A program made the translations under genes and the position numbers. From the NCBI RefSeq assembly GCF_902713615.1, contig NC_052149.1, forward strand, positions 126,049,256-126,113,255: a DNA stretch of 64,000 bases. Direction: 5' to 3'. Below the pieces are notes generated by a model that worked only from the letters and a program-made list of their open reading frames with translations, did not search any database and was not told where the DNA came from. The DNA comes from Scyliorhinus canicula (lineage: Eukaryota). This document shows positions 46,577 to 59,212 of this stretch, one piece after another (the first letter of the stretch is position 1; every line of letters begins with the position of its first letter).

Positions 46577-47402
46577 CTACCCACTGTGCTACCATACTGC
46601 CCAACCCGAGGTGGTCTGTACTCTCCCCGCCAGGGAGAGTGGGAGTGTGTTCCACCTCTGTAGATCCTTTTTAATTTCCTCCACCTGGCTGGTCAGGTTT
46701 CCCTTGTGGATCTGTGTCCAGTCTCTGGCTATCTGGATCCCCAGGTATTGGAATCTATTCTGGGTTGTTTTAAATGGGAGCCTCTCCAGCTCTGTCCCTC
46801 CTCCCTGTTTGGGTTCACTAGGAATGCCTCACATTTTCCCAGGTTAAGTTTGTAACCCAAGAAGGCTCTGCGTTTTTTCAGGATCTGAATAATTGTCTCC
46901 AGTCCCTCCTGTGGCTTCGAGACAGAGAGGAGCAGGTCATCCACATAGAGTGAGACTCTGTGCTCTCTGTCTCCTCTCCAGATTCCCTTCCAGCTTTTTG
47001 CATCCCACAGGGTTATCACCAGGGGTTTGATTGCTCGTGCGAACAGGAGCAGGGACAGTGGGCATCCCTGCCTTGTATTCAGAGCTGGCATCTTGAGAAT
47101 GTTGTATCGGAGTCTCACCCAGTCGCCCGTCTCCAACCTCACATCCATGTAATATGGAGCGTGGTCGGAGATGACGATCACGGGATATTCTGATCCTATG
47201 ATTCCTGGAAGTACCAATTTCCCCACTGCAAAAAGTCGATACGGGTGTACACCCTGCGCACCTGCAAAAAGAACATGAATTCCTTTTCTCCCAGGTGTAG
47301 GAACCTCCACAGGTCCACCGCCCCCATCTGCTCCATGAACGTTCCCAATTCCCGAGCCATGCCAGTCTTTTTCCCCGTGCTGGGGTTTGATTGGTTGGTC
47401 AG

Positions 47403-50400
47403 TGTAGTTGTAGTACCCTCAATAACGTCGCAAGAGAGTAGAACGGTAAAGAAGGCTTTAATAAGCTAAGAACTAGCCTGATGCTGAGACGGGTACTTAC
47501 TGGGTGCCGCCTGCAGGGCGGCCCCTTATATACAACTCCCTGGTGGGCGGAGCCGGAGGCGGAGTCCCCCAGGGTTCCAAGCCCGGTCTTAAAGGGGTCA
47601 TCACCTTACATGATGATAAGGGTACGGTAATACAGTAACCATTCATCACATTCACCCCCTGTTTAAAAAAACCAAGTCCGGCGGGGGTGAAGTGGAATCA
47701 CAAGTCTATTTGTTTCGGCGGCCAGATCATCCTCATCGACCTCTTCAGCTCGGGCAGTGGTGCGGTGGACACAGATGTCTTAGTTGACGGTACATCCGGG
47801 AGCACGGTGGTCGGAGCTTTGGTCGGGTTGGGGTAGGGGTCCGGGGCGCAGGGGGAATAGCTGGGGCTGGGGGTAGCGGTGCCAGCGCCGGTGGGGGGTG
47901 GAGAGGGGGGGCGCTAGGGGGCACGCGCGGTCGGTGTCCACCGACATGGAGGGGGACCGGGGAGGGGGGCAGTAGTAGGTGCCAGGTCCCACAGGGGAAC
48001 CATGAGGGGGTGGCGTCTGCAGTGGGGGAACCAGCGGGTGCCAGATCCTGGAGGGAAACCGTGTCTTGCCTGCCGTCGGGGTGCTCGACGTAGCCGTATT
48101 GGGGGTTCGCATGTAGTAGTCAGACCCTCTCGACCTCAGGGTCCGTTTTACGGCTCCACGCCTGCCTCCGGAGAAGAACAGGTTCCGGAGTTGTCAGCCA
48201 AGGTGGAGAACCCGGAGGTGGACTTCCTGGGGAAGACAAACCAGCCGTTGTGAGGGGTCTCATTCGTGGCCGTGCAGAGGAGCGACCTAATGGAGTGTAG
48301 GGTATTGGGTAGGACCTCCTGCCAGCGGGTAGTTGGGAGACTTCTTGACCGTAGGGCCAGAAGGACAGCCTTCCAAACTGTCGCGTTCTCCCTCTCCACC
48401 TGCCCGTTTCCCTGCGGGTTATAACTGGTTATTCTGCTTGAGGCGATGCCCTTACTGAGCAGATACTGACGCAGCTCATGGCTCATGAACGATGTACCCC
48501 GGTCACTGTGGATATCAGCGGGGAAACCGAACAGCGTGAAGGTGCTGTGCAGTGGCCGAGGTCATGTCGGGACAGGGGACGGCGAATGGGGAGCGGGAGA
48601 ACTCGTCGATGACGGTTAGAAAGTAAGTATTGCAGTTGGTGGATGGGAGGGGGCCTTTGAAGTCCACGCTTAGTCGCTCAAAGGGCCCCGAGGCCTTTAC
48701 GAGGTGAGCCTTGTCTGGCCGGTAGAAGTGCGTTGCACTCCGCACAGATCTGGCAAGCCCTGGTCATGGCCTTGACCTCCTCGGTTGAGTAAGGTAGGTT
48801 GCGGGACTTGATAAAGTGGGCGAGCCAGGTAACCCCCGGGTGACAGAGGTCATTGTGGATGGCTTGCAGGTGATTCTCCTGCGCGTTGGCGCACGTGCCG
48901 CGGGACAGGGCACCTGGGGGTTCGTTGAGCCTCCCTGGACGATACTTGATATCGTAGGTGTAGGTAGAGAGTTCGATCCTCCACCTCAAGATTTTATCAT
49001 TTTTAATTTTGCCCCGTTATGCATTATCAAACATGAAGGCTACCGACCGTTGGTCGGTGACGAGGGTGAACCTCCTACCGGCAAGGTAGTGCCTCCAGTG
49101 CCGCACAGCCACCACAATGGCTTGCGCTTCCTTCTCGACAGAGGAGCGTCGAATCTCGGAGGCGGTGAAAGTCCGGGAGAAGAAAGCTACTGGTCTGCCT
49201 GCCTGGTTGAGGGAAGCAGCCAGGGCGAAGTCTGACGCATTGCTCTCTCCCTGGAAAGGGATGGTTTCATCCACCGTGTGCATAGCAGCATTGATGATGT
49301 CGGCCTTGATACGGCTGAAGGCCGACCGGGCCTCAGCCATCAGGGGAAATGTTGTGGTCTTTATGAGTGGACGGGCTTTGTCCGCATATTTGGGGACCCA
49401 CTGGACGTAATAGGAGAAAAGTCCCAAGCACCGTTTGAGGGCCTTGAGGCTGCGGGGGAGGGGAAGTTCCTTAAGGGAGCGCATGCGATCGGGGTCGGGA
49501 CCTAGGACCTCGTTTTCCACGATGTAGCTAAGGATGGCGAGTCGGGTTGTGTGGAACATGCATTTTTCCTTGTTGTAGGTCAGGTTGAGGGCTCGGGCTG
49601 TCAGGAACTTTTTGAGGTTGGTGTCATGGTCCTGCTGATCATGGCTGTGAGGCCGTGTTCCCAGCAGCCAGGTTATTTCTGTACTCCTGCTGCTGGGCAC
49701 ACTTCTTGCTGATTAAAGCTTTTTGTTTCGGACTACACCTATGTTTCGCGTCCATTGATTGTGCATCAAGTGGAAAATACCCGGTATTGAGCGATCCGAT
49801 TTACCTATTCTGCTATGCGAGGAAGGGTGTACGCACGAGCTGTGTGAAACGGTTTATTATCTGGCTATAATCCATGACCATCCGTTTCATTTCCCCGGAC
49901 AGGACTACCACCACTTGTGCTCTCCAGTGACTCTTGCTGGCCTCGATGACCCCCTCTCCCAGTAGCCGCTGGACCTCTGACTTGATAAAAGTCATGTCTT
50001 GGGCAATATACCGCCGGCTCCTGGTGGTGACGGGCTTACAGTCGGGAGTGAAGTTCGCGAATAGAGAGGGGGGTGCGACTTTCAGCGTCGCAAGGCTGCG
50101 TGCCGTGAGGGGGGGGGGGGGGCAGGGGTCCGCTGAACTTCAGTGTCAGGCTTCGGTGGCTGCATTGGAAATCCAGCCCGAGCAGCAGGGGGCGCAGAGG
50201 TGAGGGAGGATATAAAGTTGAAATGAGCGTATTTGGCGCCCTGGATTGTGAGATCCGCAATACAATATCCCGTGATTTGGACCGAGTGGGACCCGAAGGC
50301 TAGGGCTATGGTTTGGTAAACGGGATGGGTGCGCAAGGAGCAGCGCCTTACCGTTTCTGGATGGATAAAGCTCTCCATGCTCCCGGAGTCGAAGAGGCAT

Positions 50401-51392
50401 GGAATGTCGCCCCCATTGACCTGGACCTGCATCATGGAATTCTGCAGGTGCTTTGGCCGCGTTTGCTCTAGGGTGATAGCTCCAAGTTGCTGGTAGTCCG
50501 AGTCCTCAGCCGAGTCAGATTCGCAAAATGGCAGCTGCCGTTGGTCGCACATGTCGGGTCGAGGAGATGGCCGCTGCCAAGATGATCGCCCCCATGATTC
50601 GCACGAGGCAGATGACGCGTCAGAAGGGGATGTGTCCGGTCAGTGCGCAGCCTCGTTGCGAGGCCTGCGGGCCTGTGAGCCTGATTTTCGGGCCTGATAA
50701 TCCGTTTGTTTCTGGCCCTTGAGCCTGGCCAGGCAGACCCTCGTGAAAAGCCCCTTCTTCCCGCAGTCGCTGCAGATGGCGGAGTGGGCTGGGCAGCGTG
50801 GACGTGGGTGCTGGCCCTGCCCACAGAAATAGCACGGTGTGCCCCCGGTCTGAGCGGGTCGCTGCACGGTGCAGGCCCGTAGCATGGCCAAGTCTGGGGA
50901 AGTCCGAGGGGGGCTTGCAGGTTCCGTGGGGTACGTGCCCAGATTGTGGCGGGCCATTTCCAGTGAGGTGGCGAGCGTTACCGTGTCCTGGAAATCTTTT
51001 CCTTAATTTTCGAGTAGTCGCTGCCGGATGTAGGTGGAACGGATGCCGGACACGAAAGCGTCTCGGATGTGCAGGTTCACGTGGACTTCCCCCGTCACAT
51101 CCTGATGATTGCAGTTTCTGGCGAGCGCGGTGAGTTTTTCTATGAACTCGTCTAGCGTTTCCCCTGAGCGCTGCCGGCAGGTAGAGAGCAGATGCCGGGC
51201 ATGTACCTCATTTATGGGTTTGACGAACCTCTTGCGTTGGATCTCGACCGCCTCGTCATAAATAGTCGCCTTCTCCATTGAGGCAGAGATTCTGTGACTC
51301 ACCTGGGCGTGGAGTAGGCGCAGCTTGCGTGGCCCTAGGTGGGAGTCTCCGAGGATTCCAGGTAGGATTCCCCTAGCCCTCGTCCGTAGCAT
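47403..51392 (-). mobile_element. Decayed Ty3/Gypsy retrotransposon lacking its 5' LTR
   Basis: gag with CCHC knuckles, protease DSGS, RT/RNase H, integrase (SVDFKGP, HSD.G, GQVEREN), PPT and 3' LTR 47403-47650. Confidence 0.9.
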
Positions 51393-51475
51393 GAATGATA
51401 TGTCTGTCCCACCCAGCCCTTCCTTACCAGCAGTCAGTCCTTTTCCCTCAGGTATGTCTCCTCGAGGTAGACTAT

Positions 51476-51786
51476 GGGTGGCATGGTAACACAGTGGTTA
51501 GCACTGCTGCTTCAGAGCGCCAGGGTCCCAGGTTCGATTCCCTGCTTGAGTCACTGTGCGGTACCTGCACATTCTCCGAGTGTCTGTGTGGGTTTCCTCC
51601 GGGTGCTCCGGTTTCCTCCCACAAGTCCTGAAAGATGTGTTGTTAGGTAATTTGGACATTCTGAATTCTCCCTCCTTGTACCTGAACAGGCGCCAGAATG
51701 TGGTAACTAGGGGCTTTTCACGGTAACTTCATTGAAGTGTTAATGTCAGCCTGATTGTGACAATAAAGATTATTATTAATTATAAA
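51476..51786 (+). mobile_element. tRNA SINE with (TTA)n tail
   Basis: A/B boxes, core, tail GTGACAATAAAGATTATTATT. Confidence 0.85.
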
Positions 51787-52908
51787 TCATTATGTCAGCC
51801 TTCAGGCTTCTGAGGGGGCGAAGTCTCTGGATCTTTTCACTGGGCCGTTAAGTCCCTTTACGTTCCAGGTAACAATCCTGGTGGGAGGTTTCTGACCCCC
51901 GTGGTCCTGCGGGATCACCCATACTTACCTGTTGGATGCGCCCCTGCAACCCTGGGTTTCCTTTTGAAAGGGGGCCGTCCAAAATGGCCCTGGTCGCTGC
52001 TCTCACCATGACGTCGGCCCCCTGTGCTCCAGGGTTTCCCTTTGTCCAGGGGGAACCCAACGCAGCCGTTAACTATGTGTATGCCACGTGGGTGTGCCCC
52101 TGTGCTCCGGGGTCTCCCTTTGCCAAGGGGCCCTCCCGAGTGGCTGCTTGCGGCACCATCTTGGTTCCTCGCCCTGTTCCACGCCTGCTGAGGCCTGTGT
52201 CTTCTCTCTGCCAAGCCTTTCCTGTCTTTCACTCCCTTTCTGTTCTGCGCAAACCCTCCCCATCCCCGTTCCCCCCCCCCCCTCCATACCCCCCCACCAC
52301 CCCATCTCCCTTCTGCCCTGTCCACCCCTCCCCCTTTAGCCAGATACTCCCTCCCCCCTGGGAGGTGCGCTGCGGCATCCCTTACTGCCTGTCTTCCCGT
52401 GCTAGCTCTCCTCGCTAGTACGGTGCCTCCCCTCCCAGTGCTGATCTAGCCCTGTCCCTATTCTGCCTACCTGTCTCTATCCCGTACCTCGCCCCCTTCC
52501 CTGCTTCCCCTATTCTTGCTCCCTTCTCTCTGTTTCCCATCTTCAAACTGAAAACCAAGACGAAAACGAAAACGAGGCAGCATAGTCCCGCGCAAAAACA
52601 CAGTCCATATTACAGTCCTTGGGCTGGATTATCCGATCCCCAACGGCGGAATCGCCTTTGGCAATGGGCCAGAGAATCCCCGATGACGACACAATTGCCG
52701 CTTTCGTGATGTTCCGCCCCCCCCCTCATTGCCTGAGGCCAGCCCCACGATACTCCATCCCCGACCCACCGAGTTCCCGACTGCGTGGGACACATGTGGC
52801 TTCACCCGTCGGGAATTCAGCGTGGCGTCTGTGGACTCAATCGAGCGCCGCTACAGTCGGGTTCCTTCCCTCAATCCCCTCCGTCAGACCTGTGGTAATC
52901 TCTACGAC

Positions 52909-53133
52909 TGTATATAAGTGTGTGCTTGCATTAGGGGATGTATGACAGTACCTGTATTACAGGTTTTCAGGTAAGCCCCTGCCGGCTAGCTCCACCCACA
53001 GGGAGCAGTATAAATATTCATAAGTTTCCCTGAGATGCCATTCTACAGCTGCAGCCGGAGGAATAGCATCTCACTGTAATAAAGCCTCTCTTGTACCATA
53101 TCGAGTCTTTTGTGTGCAACTGTTAGTGCCACA
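52909..53133 (+). mobile_element. Solo LTR (225 bp) in L1 ORF1
   Basis: TG..CA, TATAAA, AATAAA, TSD CGAC/AGAC. Confidence 0.7.
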
Positions 53134-53769
53134 AGACCCATGATGTGGACATTCTGCCGCCAGGACCTGTTCTCCTGGTCTTCGACCTTCCCCTTTAAGT
53201 TCCCCAGGGCTGCCACCAACCTCTTCACCTCGGCCTCCAGAGCTACGATCTTGTCGCTCGGGTCCGTTGACACCTTCTCCAGGTACAAGTTTGTCCTATC
53301 CTGTGCCTCCACCTTCTGTCCCAGGCCTTCTATCGTGCACTGAAAGGTGGCAATTGCTTCTGTAACCACCTCCTTCACCACCACCTGGAACTCCATTTTG
53401 ATCGCTTCCTTCATGCCGGTCAGTTCCTTTTTATGACGCTCTTCTATCCGTCCCCCTGTGTAGGGGAGGGGGGTGTGGTTGTCCACTCCTGCTCTGCCGT
53501 TCGGATCGCTGAGCTTCCCCTGTCCTGGTTTGCCTGGGTCTCCACTTCACCTCGTGGGGCCGCCGGTCCGCTCGCCAGTTGCTCCTACCCCTTTCCTCTG
53601 CTTCTGCCTTCTCGTTGGCCATTCAAACTGCTGTTTGACGGCTACTTCTATTCCCACTCATCGCTGTTCCTGCAAAAACGCAAAACAATTTGTTACGTTA
53701 GGTCCAGCTGAGAGGAGAGCCACCTGATGTGTGTCTGCTCAGCACGTCACCACCACCGGAAGTCGGGTG

Positions 53770-54780
53770 AGGTGGAATTTCGGGGCTTCAGCGTACATGT
53801 GAAAACTAACGCTGTGTCTTTGGATCATGTCACCCAGGGGCAGCATGTAAATGATAAATAGGAGGGGCCAAGGATTGATCCCTGGAGGACACCACAGGTA
53901 ATGGTGCTGGAACAGGAAGAGAAGCCATTGTAAGTGATTCTCTGACTGGGATTAGATAGATAAGAATGGAACCAGGTGAGAGCAGTCCCACCCAGCTGGG
54001 CAACAGTGGAGAGGTGTTGGAGGAGGATGGTGTGGTCACCGTGTCCAAGGCTGCAGACAGCTGGAGAAGGATGAGGAGGGAAAGTTTCCCTTTGTCACAG
54101 TCACACACAGTGTCATTTGTCACTTTGAGAAGAACCATTTTGTAATGTGACAGCAGAAACCTGATTGGAGGGATTGAAATGTGGAGTTCCCGGAAAGATG
54201 GGAATGGGTTTTGGAGGAGACACCACGTTCAAGGAATAAAAACAGTTCAATGGGAATAGAATCGAGCGACAGGAAGTGGGTCTCATGGACAAGATGAGCT
54301 CAGAGAGGGCATGAGGGGAGATAGGAGAGAAACTAGAGAAAGATGTGAGTTCAGGGCCCGGGCAGGGGGGAGAATTAGAGGAAGTTTGTACTGACGGGCT
54401 AGTGGAAGGGAGGGACGTGGCCGAGGCAGCTGATTGGATCGTCTCAATCTGAGTGACAAAGATGTCCATCAGCTCCTCCCACTTGTTGTTGGAGGTGAGG
54501 GTGGAGGGGACAGGGGAGAGGGGGTTTAAGAAGATGGCCGACAGTGGAGAAAAGAAGCTGGGGTTATCTTTACATTCCAGGATGATCCTGGAATAGTGAG
54601 CAGTTTTAGCAGATGGGAGTAGGAGGCGGGAATGTTTGAAGTGGTCCAGCCGGATCTGACAGTGGATGGAGTGACAACTGGATGACTTTAGGAATATTGG
54701 ATTCTAAGTATTGGGCAATTTAAGGGTTAAAGGTCTGGGGCTAGAGTGTGTTTGACTGCAGTGGTCATATATATTTTTTT
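53770..54780 (-). mobile_element. L2 LINE RT fragment
   Basis: LLKVTND..LILLQLSAALDTV motif and upstream L2-like sequence. Confidence 0.75.
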
Positions 54781-55174
54781 TAATAATCCTGTTTTGCTGG
54801 ATCTGGGTGCACTCAGCTGCCAGAAAGTGAAATTGACAAAGGAATGTGTTTTTCAGTCTGGGCTAATAGACTGTGTTTGACTGTGAAAGTTACTGGGGAG
54901 ATAATGGCCGGGTTTCTCCAAAAACGCGGCTGAGTGTTGACGCCGGCGTAAACACCAGAGTGTTTCACGCCAGCGTCAATGGGCCTCTTGGCCCAGCGAT
55001 TCTGTGGCCTACAGGTAGCCAGCACGGGGCCGGAGTGCTCTGCACTCCTCCAGCCGCTGATAAGCGGTCCTACGCTACTGGCCGCGGGTCCGCGCATGCG
55101 TGCGGCGGCCACTTCCGCGCTGGCGCCAAGTGACATGGCGGAGCCACACAGCAGGCCAACACGGAAGAAGATAG

Positions 55175-58100
55175 TGTGACGGTTGAGGAGTATTTATCTA
55201 AGATCTGCCTGAGTAGTCGAGGTTGTAAGCTACTAGACAAGGTCTTGTGAATATCTAAAGTAAGACTCGCTATATGGGAGATCTATTTATAGTAGACACA
55301 ATGTGCCTTGCGTTCACTACCTTTGGTGTACAGGAGAGACTGTGCCTTAGATGACTATCTTATCCTTAACGTGACTAAATAGTTCTAATTCCTGAGAGCT
55401 AGGCATGGGAAAGTGACCCTCCAGATAGCCTCAGAGGGTGAGAATATGATGAGTCTTAGTTAAATGTCACTCTTATTTATTAAAATAGACACGGATCTGT
55501 ATGGCAAAATATATACGCAATTTATTTGAAGATAAAAGGGTAATACAAGAGTTTTGATAAATGATACAGTTTGACAGATACAGGATACGTGATGAGTTAG
55601 CCTGTGACCTTCTTAACTACATAATTGATTAAGCTACAAACATTTCATACTCACAACGACTAGTAGTTGTCTCGGAATTTTATGCTCAATCACGAGCAGA
55701 ATTCTACGAGTCGAGATAGCAGTTTAAACACCCAATAATATCCTAAACAGCTCTCCAAGCGAAACTCTAACTTTCGCAGCTTTTGCTTGAATATTTATAT
55801 TGTTTTTACACTCAGGGAGAGGTAGGGAGTTTGAGGGGAGTTTTAGCATAGCCCCTGCTTCTGAAAAACAAGTTAACTCCCCACAGTTATTTCGAGACAA
55901 AGAACAATCTCTCTCTTAGTTGGCAAGGCCTTAGTTTCAGAGAGGCCTAACGGGGCACCTGTTTCTAAATATACGAGGTTGATACCTCTGGTAGCTATCT
56001 CCAGAAAAACAGCAGCCTCCCTTCTTGGCGAGGTCTCTTGCCAAGCAGCAGCCTCCCTTAGTGACAAGGCCACGAGACAGGCAATAACCTCCCTTAGTGA
56101 AAAGGCCACGAGACAGGCAATAACCTCCCTTAGTGACAAGGCCACTAGACAGGCAATAACCCCCCTTAGTGACAAGGCCACTAGACAAACAATAACCTCC
56201 CTTAGTGACAAGGCCACGAGACAGGCAATAACCTCCCTGAGTGACAAGGCCACTAGACAGGCAATAACCTCCCTGAGTGACAAGGCCACTAGACAAGCAA
56301 TAACCTCCCTGAGTGACAAGACCACTAGACAGGCAATAACCCCCCTTAGTGACAAGGCCACTAGACAGGCAATAACCTCCCTTAGTGACAAGGCCACTAG
56401 ACAGGCAACAACCTCCCTTAGTGACAAGGCCATGAGACAGGCAATAATCCCCCTTAGTGACAAGGCCACTAGACAGGCAATAACCTCCCTTAGTGACAAG
56501 GCCACTAGACAGGCAATAACCTCCCTTAGTGACAAGGCCACTAGACAGGCAATAACCTCCCTTAGTGACAAGGCCACTAGACAGACAATAACCTCCCTTA
56601 GTGACAAGGCCATGAGACAGGCAATAACCTCCCTTAGTGACAAGGCCACTAGACAGGCAATAACCTCCCTTAGTGACAAGGCCACTAGACAGGCAATAAC
56701 CTCCCTGAGTGACAAGGCCACTAGACAGGCAATAACCTCCCTTAGTGACAAGGCCACTAGACAGACAATAACCCCCCTTAGTGACAAGGCCACTAGACAG
56801 ACAATAACCTCCCTTAGTGACAAGGCCACTAGACAGGCAATAACCTCCCTGAGTGACAAGGCCACTAGACAGGCAATAACCCCCCTTAGTGACAAGGCCA
56901 CTAGACAGACAATAACCCCCCTGAGTGACAAGGCCACTAGACAGACAATAACCTCCCTGAGTGACAAGGCCACTAGACAGGCAATAACCTCCCTGAGTGA
57001 CAAGGCCACTAGACAGGCAATAACCTCCCTGAGTGACAAGGCCACTAGACAGGCAATAACCTCCCTTAGTGACAAGGCCACTAGACAAACAATAACCTCC
57101 CTGAGTGACAAGGCCACGAGACAGGCAATAACCTCCCTTAGTGACAAGGCCACTAGACAGACAATAACCTCCCTTAGTGACAAGGCCTCTAGACAGGCAA
57201 TAACCTCCCTTAGTGACAAGGCCACTAGACAAGCAATAACCTCCCTTAGTGACAAGGCCTCTAGACAGGCAATAACCTCCCTTAGTGACAAGGCCACTAG
57301 ACAGGCAATAACCTCCCTTAGTGACAAGGCCACTAGACAAACAATAACCTCCCTTAGTGACAAGGCCACTAGACAAGCAATAACCTCCCTTAGTGACAAG
57401 GCCACTAGACAGGCAATAACCTCCCTTAGTGACAAGGCCACTAGACAAACAATAACCTCCCTTAGTGACAAGGGCACTAGACAGACAATAACCCCCCTTA
57501 GTGACAAGGCCACTAGACAGGCAATAACCTCCCTTAGTGACAAGGCCACTAGACAGGCAATAACCTCCCTTAATGACAAGGCCACTAGACAGGCAATAAC
57601 CTCCCTTAGTGACAAGGCCACTAGACAGGCAATAACCTCCCTTAGTGACAAGGCCACTAGACAGGCAATAACCTCCCTTAGTGACAAGGCCACTAGACAG
57701 GCAATAACCTCCCTTAGTGACAAGGCCACGAGACAGGCAATAACCTCCCTTAGTGACAAGGCCACTAGACAGGCAATAACCTCCCTTAGTGACAAGGGCA
57801 CTAGACAGGCAATAACCTCCCTTAGTGACAAGGCCACTAGACAAACAATAACCTCCCTTAGTGACAAGGCCACTAGACAGGCAATAACCTCCCTTAGTGA
57901 CAAGGCCACTAGACAGGCAATAACCTCCCTTAGTGACAAGGCCACTAGACAGGCAATAACCTCCCTTAGTGACAAGGCCACTAGACAGACAATAACCTCC
58001 CTGAGTGACAAGGCCACTAGACAGGCAATAACCTCCCTTAATGACAAGGGCACTAGACAGGCAATAACCTCCCTTAGTGACAAGGCCACTAGACAGGCAA

Positions 58101-59212
58101 TAACCTCCCTTAGTGACAAGGCCACTAGACAGGCAATAACCTCCCTTAATGACAAGGGCACTAGACAGGCAATAACCTCCCTTAGTGACAAGGCCACTAG
58201 ACAGACAATAACCTCCCTGAGTGACAAGGCCACTAGACAAGCAATAACCTCCCTTAGTGACAAGGCCACTAGACAGGCAATAACCTCCCTTAGTGACAAG
58301 GCCACGAGGCAGGCAATAACCTCCCTTAGTGACAAGGCCACTAGACAAGCAATAACCTCCCTTAGTGACAAGGCCACGAGGCAGGCAATAACCTCCCTTA
58401 GTGACAAGGCCACTAGACAGGCAATAACCTCCCTTAGTGACAAGGCCACGAGACAGGCAATAACCTCCCTTAGTGACAAGGCCACTAGACAGGCAATAAC
58501 CTCCCTGAGTGACAAGGCCACTAGACAGACAATAACCTCCCTTAGTGACAAGGCCACTAGACAGGCAATAACCTCCCTGAGTGACAAGGCCACTAGACAA
58601 GCAATAACCTCCCTTAGTGACAAGGCCACTAGACAGGCAATAACCCCCCCTTAGTGACAAGGCCACTAGACAGACAATAACCTCCCTTAGTGACAAGGCC
58701 ACTAGACAGGCAATAACCTCCCTTAGTGACAAGGTCACTAGACAGACAATAACCTCCCTTAGTGACAAGGCCACTAGACAGGCAATAACCCCCCTTAGTG
58801 ACAAGGCCTCTAGACAGGCAATAACCTCCCTTAGTGACAAGGTCACTAGACAGACAATAACCTCCCTTAGTGACAAGGCCACTAGACAGGCAATAACCTC
58901 CCTTAGTGACAAGGCCACTAGACAAGCAATAACCTCCCTTAGTTTTCGAAGCTTATTTCCAGACAAGGCCATGAGACTTAATGAGTTCACTGCATCTGGA
59001 CTCTTACAAAGATAATACATATTAAAAAACATTTTTGCGATAAGTAATGGTTTAAATTGATAATGGACTGATCAAACAACAGTTTTTAATATCGGGTTAA
59101 ATAGATGATTTTACAGAGCATCAGCTCTGATCAGCTTTTAATATAAAGTGAATATATGATTTAATATAAAATGAGTTCTGATCAGCCTTTAATATAGGTG
59201 GATACCACCACA
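55175..59212 (-). mobile_element. 4.0-kb solo LTR with an expanded internal array
   Basis: TGTGACGGT..ACCACCACA inverted ends, TSD ATAG/GTAG, minus-strand TATAAAT about 55800 and AATAAA about 55480. Confidence 0.75.
56045..58945. repeat. 36-bp minisatellite (AGTGACAAGGCCACTAGACAGGCAATAACCTCCCTT)n, about 80 copies
   Basis: Directly visible; 12-aa periodic ORFs. Confidence 0.97.

Larger units (their letters stand above)
41803..46602 (-). mobile_element. tRNA SINE with (TTA)n tail, split by the LTR element (41803-42097 and 46577-46602)
   Basis: Head, core and tail rejoin across the CTACC TSD. Confidence 0.85.
46620..53768 (-). mobile_element. Second, decayed L1/Tx1-type LINE hosting a Gypsy, SINE, MITE and solo LTR
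   Basis: ORF2 pieces (TRQGCPLS, SLYVDDLLL at 46729-47310; ITWNVKGLNGPVK near 51880), ORF1 piece 53043-53486, 5' end ACTTCCGGTGG. Confidence 0.75.

Noticed and set aside
205-58945. 36-bp arrays as CRISPR repeats
   Set aside because: Units are head-to-tail with no unique spacers, no cas genes, and the context is vertebrate.
55873-59032. ORFs of 891-1031 aa (LSLREVIACLVA, GGYCLSSGLVTK, SDKATRQAITSL repeats)
   Set aside because: By-product of a stop-free 36-bp unit; three frames open, with a 1-bp shift near 58650.
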